A stretch of DNA of 64,000 bases from Raillietiella orientalis (Eukaryota): assembly GCA_036172245.1 (NCBI GenBank), contig JAYWIR010000053.1, positions 1 to 64,000 on the forward strand, given 5' to 3'. The translations under genes were made by a program, and so were the position numbers. Of this stretch, positions 56,890-64,000 are shown in pieces. The number at the start of each line of letters is the position of its first letter. Position 1 is the first letter of the stretch. The notes below the pieces were generated by a model. The model made no database searches and was not told where the DNA came from. It saw only the letters and a program-made list of their open reading frames with translations.

Positions 56890-59800
56890 CACCTGGGCTC
56901 GCCAGTCGCAGTCGGATTCGCGCCGCCTGTTGGAACGTCAACGGGCTGCGCGACGACGGTAACAGGCGAGATACGGCCGATAACCTGCGTGAGCTCGACC
57001 TGGCCCTGCTGCAGGAGATCCACGTGGTCACCGCGGCAGACGCCCAGAAAATCGAGGCGATCGCGGGGGGTCGGCTGTATTGGCGGTGCGGCCTCCGCAA
57101 CACCTGCGGGGTCGCGTTCTTAGTGAAGCCGGCCATCGACGCGGCCGTGAAGGGCGTGCGCTTCGATGACGACGGTCGGGACGGTCAGCTGATTCTCAGC
57201 TGGTCCGACTCGATCGAATTTATCGTCACGAATGTGTACGCCCCCAGCGGTAAACAGGGATACAGCGACCGTACCAGGCTGCTGGATTCCCTGAAGCGCG
57301 ACTGGCTGGCGGACACGAACGAGCGGAAGGCTCACCTGATAGCGGGAGATTTCAATCTCCGTCTGCTAACAGGTGAGCCAGAAACACAAGAGAACGCGAT
57401 GAACAAGTTGTGCGCCGCCATGCGTGCGCGCAACTTGTTCGCGGGAGAGAGGGGAATGGTCCGCAGCATCGACCACGTCTTCCTCGACGCTGACCTGTGT
57501 TCACGGGTCGGCAAACGGGGGAGGGTTGCGTCGACGTTGTCGGACCATTCCCGGTTAATTTTCGAGATGCGGTCTCGTGACAAGGGACCTCCATCCAGGG
57601 ATTGGCGTCTGCCGGGGGACTGGACGCGACTCTCAGGTGCGAAGGAATACCTTCGCGAATACCCGAGAGGTGTCACGCTCCGGAATCTCCAGGACTGGGA
57701 CCTTTTTAAAAAATCGGTCCGCGAGTTCTGTGAGCAGTTCCCCCTGGATCCCCTGCCCCTTGGATTCGGCGAGGGTGCTCGCAACCATCGGGCCTATTTA
57801 CAGGCTCGCAGGTACGACAGAACCCCTAATGTCCGTCGCCAGGCCGAGTACCGCCCCGGGGCCGAAAGCCAAGCCTGGCAATCCGGGTCGGCCAGCTTGC
57901 TGGACGACCAGAGCCGGGAATGTTCGTCTTTGGCGTCGGTACGGCATCTCTTGCGGAGTTTTTATTCCTCCCTTTACGCCCAGGAGCCCCCGGATCGAAA
58001 CGCCTCTCGACGCTTGCTTCCGGATGGCACCCCGGCAATAGGGGAGGAGGAGATGGAAAGCCTCGACGAGCCTTTTACCACCGGCGAAATTCTCGCCGGT
58101 ATCAAAAGGCTCAAGAGGCGTAAAGCTCCAGGGGAAGACGGCTTGCCCGCGGAGTTCTTTCAGAGCTTCGCGGAAGAGCTGGCACCCCTGCTGCTTAAGT
58201 TGATCAGGCTGATCCGAGAGGAAGGCGATGTTCCCGCCTCGTTTCGGTCAGCCAGAGTGAGGCTCCTTCCGAAAGGGGGAGACCTCAGGGATTTAAAGCA
58301 CTGGCGTCCGATCACAATCGTGAATACGGACGCCAAGTTGATCGCAGGGCTATGGGCTTCGCGTCTGGGGCAGGTGGCAGAATCCGTAATTAGCCCGGAG
58401 CAGACTTATGCTGTTTCCGGGCGAAGTATGGATGCCAACCTCTTCTTCGCAAGCACATGGGTGCACCTGCAGAGAAGAGAGAAGAAAGGGATAGGGAAAG
58501 TCGGCAACCCCACATTGGGGCCGCCAGCCGGGCTGGGAAGGGACTACCGGGCGGGGAAGGGGGCCCTAGCGCTCGCAGTCGATCTCCACAAGGCTTTCGA
58601 CTGTGTAGACCAGGAACTTCTCTTGGAGCTCCTGGGTCGCATGGGCTATCCCCCCTCCCTGATTTCCTACCTGCGCTCTTGCAGGCGGAATGCGATAATT
58701 ACCGTCTCTTTCAGCGGTCAAAAGGTGTATGGCGTGCCGGTGCGGCGGGGCTTAAGGCAGGGAGATAGCCTCAGCCCCCTGCTCTTCAGCACCTACTTTG
58801 AGTTGGTGCTAAGAGCGTACAGGGTGACTTTGGCCCCATTGCCGAGCTCGTGCCCCGGCACGCCCGCCGTAGCACCGTACGCCGACGATCTTCTGCTTTT
58901 GTTGCCAATGTCCACCCCGGCAAAGGCGGTCGGAGACTTCTTCGATCTGCTAAGCCGCGGGACCGGACTGCAGGTTAACAGGGCGAAGTTCTCGGTTGTG
59001 CCAATAGGTGCGGCGTGGGCAGGGCAGCAGGACTGGGTCCGTCTGGGGATCCCCACGGCGAGGTGCTTCAAGTACCTTGGTGTGCCGTTGGGGCACTACT
59101 CCCCTGCGGAAGCGTGGTCCAGCTGCCTCCAAAAAGTCGAGACGGCGATCGGCCCGTTCCTGGAAGGCAAGTTTCACTTGCCGGTACGGGCCGCGGTTTG
59201 GAACGCCTTCGCGGCCCCCATCCTCCGCCCCTTGCTTTTTGTTTGCCCCTAAACCGTGGAATCCAAGAAGAGGACGAAGGACCTCCTCCGTATCGCCCTT
59301 TGGGGCAAGGGGAGGCCCCGAGTCCCACTGAAGGACTTGTGCGCTCCGCGTCGGGACGGCGGTCTTGGCCTCCTGACGCTGGAGCGCGTTAAGAAGCAGC
59401 TGCGGAGCCGAACCCTCGCCATCGTAGCGAAGATGTGGAGCACCCCTTGGTGCACTCCAGCCCGCCTCCTGGCCAGCCGTGTGTCCCGGTGCGATGGACT
59501 CGCGTGTTTTCTTCTCAGCCGTGGCCGGAAGATGCGAAGATGCGGCCTACTGCTCGGGCGCATGGCAACATTGGCCAAGGAGAACAGCTGGGTGGTTTGC
59601 TGACCCGCCAACTCCCTCGCCTGGCTGGAGGAAAATATTGGAACGTGGGCAGTGGTTAACCAGACAAGCCACGAGACGTGGAATCGTCTTCGTTGCAGCC
59701 CCTACGCCCGCTGCACGCTGCGGAATATCCTGGAGAGTCCAGCAAGATGCATGTGGGCAGAGACGACCTGCCTAGCTACGGCCCTGCCCTCCCTGAAGAG

Positions 59801-60485
59801 GGCACTTCACAGCAGCCGGACGCCAAGGTGGCAAGTCTCCTGCTGCATCGAGGGACGCGAGAAGTTGATCAGCGGCTGGACAACAGGAGAACTGTCCGAC
59901 GCCACGACCCCGAGAGTCCAGCCGCGAGGATTAGTAAGATGGGGCGAGCTGCTCGCCATCCCCAGGGATGAGCTGAAGTGGCGCCCGGTGATGAAGGAAT
60001 CCAGGATCCTGTCCCTCAAGTGGCAAGAGTCGGCGTTGCTTTTGTTGCACTGGGGTCTACTCTGCAACGCGCGCCGCTTCCACTGGACGAGGGGAGCTGT
60101 GGATCCAGCGTGTGCCAGGTGAGGTGAGCGGGAGTCGCTTCCCCACCTTATTGTTGATTGTGCTGCCCTCCGACCCCTTTGGGAACGGTTCCGGACGACC
60201 CTCGGGCTCCCTACGGGCAGGACCCCCAGAGACGTTCTTCGGCCTTTCTTCGTGAAGGACGCACTGCAGCCAGCCGCAGCCATCGCAGCCTTGTGCTGCG
60301 TCCGTGGCATCGTGGGGGCATGGAGCGACGCCAACAACGAAGGAGTGGGTCCACAGGCGAGGGATATCATCCCGTATGCCAAACGCTTCTTGCGAAGATC
60401 TGTCGGATGGCCCCAACTGGGGAATATGCAGACTGACCTCGAGGGCTTCGTTCGAGGAATGAGCCCTCCCTACAGCGACCAGTGA
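56889..60485 (+). pseudogene. D2 ORF2, open from ACA at 56889 to 59252 (complete endonuclease and RT), then in-frame stops
   Basis: TPGLASRSRIRAACWNVNG, LQEIH, AGDFN, SIDH, SDH, DLHKAFD, YADD and KYLG. Confidence 0.94.
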
Positions 60486-60659
60486 TCCCTTCCCTGCCCT
60501 CCAACTTCTTTTTGTTTGTTTCTTTTTATTTTCCTTTTTGACTTATCCATATCTTCCTTCGCTGTCGGGGAGTGCCACGCCGGGCTGCGTCCCGGTGTCC
60601 CGACAGGTCCTGTGTTTACGGCCGTGGTGGGGCCTTGTACCACGCATGTAAAGTTTATT

Positions 60660-60690
60660 AATAAACGCCCCGGGCGTACCCGGGTGATAA
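60660..60690 (+). terminator. 3' end signal: AATAAA + CCCGGG-CGTA-CCCGGG hairpin + TGATAA (representative copy)
   Basis: Equivalent signals at 764-793, 18399, 18832-18862, 22206-22235, 37002, 38996-39025, 51656, 54995 and 61114. Confidence 0.7.
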
Positions 60691-61113
60691 CGCCGAAGCT
60701 CGGCGGAAGACGTTCCATGGGAAACTAGTCGCAAAACTCGCTGACTGAGCACTTCATTTCGTCCCAGTCCGCGAACGTATGAAGCTGGAATCCTCGCAGG
60801 AAGGAGCGTAGATGTTCCGCCGCTGCTGCGAGGCGCAACCAATCCCCTGGCAGGCGCCATGTTTTCAGGGGAGGGCCCTTATTGCACCGATGTAACTCGA
60901 GCACGAGCCGTGGATGGTCGGACAGTTCTGCCGGGAGCGTTCCTCGAGTTTCCACCCGCGTGGACAGGTGGTTGTCGAGGAACATGTGGTCGATGTTCCG
61001 ATCTCTCCCGGCATCACCGGCCAACAAGTTGCGCGCATTCATTGCTCCGCACAACTGGTTGACCAGCTGTGCTCGTCGGTTGGGCGCACCTGCCAGCAGG
61101 CGGAGATTGAAAT
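60691..61113 (-). pseudogene. E2 endonuclease C-terminal half (FN to RLPPSFG)
   Basis: FNLRLL, NIDH, SDH and DWDEMK; joins 43362 across the D array. Confidence 0.9.
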
Positions 61114-64000
61114 TTATCACCAGGACACGCCGAGGGGTTCATTAATAATAATAAACTGGTCAGGGACAATGCCCCCAGCCAATAAAACGACAGAGAACAT
61201 AGAAAAATTACCGGCACGCAGGCCTGGTAAACAAACCGCTCGCAGCGTGGGGGGAATGAGGGGAACCAAACAAATCAAAAACTGGAGGGAAGGGAAAAGG
61301 GTTTTTGGTTAGGCTCCGTACTCACGGGGATTTAAACGATGAGCACCTCAAATGTTCCGGAGCCCATGGGGACGCGGGTGTAAAAAGTAAATACAAAATT
61401 AGTTTATGGAGGGTAGGGCAATGATCACCGGGTTGGCCGCTGCTGAGGGTGTGTAAACCGGCGGTGTATTGCGGCGAGATTCCTTTTTGTCTCCTCTGTC
61501 AAATGAGGCCATCTAGCGCATGCTCCCATGTAGAAGGATGCTTTGCTGATTACCTCTTGGTGCTGTCCGCTGATTACCAACGCCAGGCGGACGGAAACTA
61601 TCGCGCGTATGCAACCGATGGTTGCAATCCTTGCGCTTAGTGACAGCCCGCTCGGGGTGAAGAATCGTCGCAGCAAGTCTCTTGCGGTGTCCACGGGATG
61701 CATTAGTGCTGTTGCCAGCCTACGCCACAGTCCTTGTAGGACACCGCAGTCCAGAAGTAGGTGCGGAATCGACTCCGTCGATCCGCACCGAACGCAGTTC
61801 GCAGACGCAAGTCCCCCGGAGTCACGATGCCAACGCTCGTTGCACTGAAAACCCCAGTGAACGAAAAGCAGCACGGCTTGTTTCCAAGCAAGGGGGAGCA
61901 GCGAACTGTCAATACACTGTGGAGGGACTACAAGTTCTTCGGAGGTGACAGCAAGTTCTTCTGCCCACCGGAGGAGTCCCTTTGCAGTAACACGAGGAGT
62001 GGCGGCGTCCGCCAACTCACTGGTCTTCCAGGCGCCAAGGATTTTGGTTTTTCCCGCTATCGTGCAGAAAACCTCCCACCTCGTCGGCTGGTAACTGTCG
62101 TTTCTTGCCCTGAGGGCAGACAGCGCTGCGGCAAGAGGCGTGGCAGCCAGGGTAGAAAACTTCACCTCGTCCTGCAGTACTTCTTCCAAGGATCGTGGAA
62201 AAAATTGACGCAGGGGGCGAAGATCTCCAGGGCGTATTCCTTGGAAAGCCGCCCAGGATTCAACAGACTCCTGCGCCGAGCTTCAAAGTTCATTGGGCGG
62301 CAGGAGTTCCACGAGTAAGCTTCCAGAAGTGCGGTCAACTGCCGCAATGGAAACCCGAAACCCCGCTTCCTGTATTGAGTGCCCGGCAAAAGCGAGAGAA
62401 ATCCTCCGCTGCCGGCGCATCTCCGCAGGAGAATGCGAGCTGGCACACACAGGGGGGATCTCCATAGCTGGGCACACAGTGCCAGCAGTCGGAACTGCAC
62501 CTGCAGTCCGGTTCGCTCCATTATCAGGATACCCAAACCAGCATCCCGACGCCGAGCTGACAAATCTTTAAGGCGGATCCTCGATCTCGCCGGACCCCAG
62601 ACAGGGTTCCTGAGCAGGCGTTTAGCCCGCTGTTTTGCCGCATAGGGGGGGTCCAAAACAAAAAACAGGAGACGGAGGAGAGGGGCCACAAATGTGTTCC
62701 AAATAGTCGCCCGTTCCTGCAAGGTAAACTTGCCATTAAAGAACGGGCTGATGGCCAACTCTGCTTTCTGAAGACAGTCCGCCCACGCTTTGGCTGCGCC
62801 GAAAGCGCCCAACGGAACGCCAAGGTACTTAAAGTACCCGCCCTTGGGGATCCCCAGGCGGATCCAGTCGGACTGCCCCTTTAACGACGTACCCACAGGA
62901 ACGACCACGCTCTTCTCTCTGTTCACGCTCATGCCCGCTCCCCGACTAATCAGGTCGAAGAAATCCTCGACACTAGACGCCGGGGTGGACATGGGGAGCA
63001 GAAGAAGCAGGTCATCAGCGTAGGCGGCCACGGCAGGCGTTCCCGGGCAGGAGCTTGGCAAGTAAGACAGCGTCAGCCTGTATGCTCTTAGCACCAACTC
63101 AAAGAAGATGCTGAAGAGCAACGGGCTTAAGCTGTCGCCTTGTCGGATGCCCCTACGAACGGGAATACCATACACGCGGCAGCCGCTGAAAGTATTGCAG
63201 GTTAGCGCGTGCCGCCAGCACGCGCGCAAATACAGCAGGAGTTGCGCCGGGAACCCAAGGCGTTCCATAAACTTTAAAACGAGCTTCTGGTTTACGCAGT
63301 CGAACGCCTTGTGGAGATCGAACGCGACCGCCAAGGCACCTGGCGTTCCCTCCTGCCGTAGGCGCCTGTTCTTCTTGCCTGCGGCAGTGACTTTCGCAGC
63401 AGCCTGGCCTTGTTGCGCCACAACTTCCTGCAGCTGCAACCATGTGCGCGCGAAAAGGATGTTCGCTTCCATGGATCGTCCCGGAACGGCGTAGGTTTGT
63501 TCCGGGCTCACCGCAGATTCCGCGATACTTCCTAACCGCGCGACTCACAGCTTGGAAAACAACTTGACGTCCGAGTTCACCAAGGTGATCGGACGCCAGT
63601 TGTCAAGTTGACGCAAGTCTCCGCCTTACGGCAGGAGACGCACCTTCGCTTAGCTGAAGGAATCCGTGACATTCCCGGATTCACTCATCAGCGTCGCGAG
63701 TTTCAGCATCAATGGAATGAGCTTCACTGCAATGCACTGATAAAACTCTGCAGGGAGCCCATCCTCGCCCGGCGCCTTTCGTCCCTTCAGCCCAGCGATT
63801 GCGGACGAAAATTCATCCGCAGTGAAAGGCTCGTTGAGACGTTCGCGTTCCTCCTCGCCGACAACACGAGCATTCTGAGACAGGAGTATCTCAGAAAGAA
63901 TATCCTCCGTCGGGGATTCCGCGTACAGAGAGGAGTAGTAGCGTCTGACAATGCGGCGTACTTCGGCTGGGGCCGAACATTCCTGGCCCTTGTCGTCCAA
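61114..64000 (-). mobile_element. Element C (third copy), 3' 2.9 kb (ORF2 from 61425 upward), in sense at GDFN of E2; continues beyond the window
   Basis: Highly similar to the other C copies; its 3' end GTGATAA abuts ATTTCAATC at 61105-61113. Confidence 0.93.

Larger units (their letters stand above)
55033..60690 (+). mobile_element. Element D2, full length 5.66 kb, uninterrupted, head-to-tail with D1
   Basis: 5' TCCC...GGACGTG, the same 3' terminus as D1, and CGCCGAA on both sides. Confidence 0.95.

Noticed and set aside
1..64000. Prokaryotic RT systems (group II intron, retron, DGR, CRISPR-RT) suggested by YADD
   Set aside because: The RT is fused to an AP-endonuclease, follows a CCHC ORF1, and has AATAAA ends and TSDs. 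I saw no repeat-spacer array or operon structure.
1..64000. LTR retrotransposon identity, tRNA/rRNA/snRNA targets, and host taxon assignment
   Set aside because: I recognised no LTRs, protease, integrase or RNA genes, and nothing in the window identifies the organism.

Overview
The whole 64 kb is eukaryotic repeat DNA, and I found no host gene. It is a deeply nested stack of about 16 copies or fragments of L1/Tx1-like non-LTR retrotransposons (ORF1 with an RRM-like core and CCHC zinc knuckles; ORF2 with AP-endonuclease, reverse transcriptase and a C-terminal Cys/His finger). My labels are A1, A2, B, C, D, E, F, G, H, I and J. Target-site duplications (TSDs) and host reading frames that resume across them give the nesting: I > A2 > G > {F > (B, A1); J > D > C} and I > H > E > {D > C, D, C}. 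Family C sits three times at the same base of the GDFN catalytic codons of other elements' endonuclease (TSD ATTTCAATC). Family D sits three times antisense at the GFG/E codons of other elements' ORF2 (TSD CGCCGAA), once as a tandem pair. An already disabled 11.7-kb D[C] composite occurs twice, in two different hosts. The families share a DPE-like GGACGTG near the 5' end, a stop/start overlap (TAATG, TGATG, or AUG-less TAACA) usually inside a hairpin, and a tail-less 3' end of AATAAA plus a GC hairpin. Nearly all ORFs carry stops or frameshifts. The host organism cannot be determined, and novelty needs a Repbase/Dfam check. All coordinates and comparisons were made by eye.
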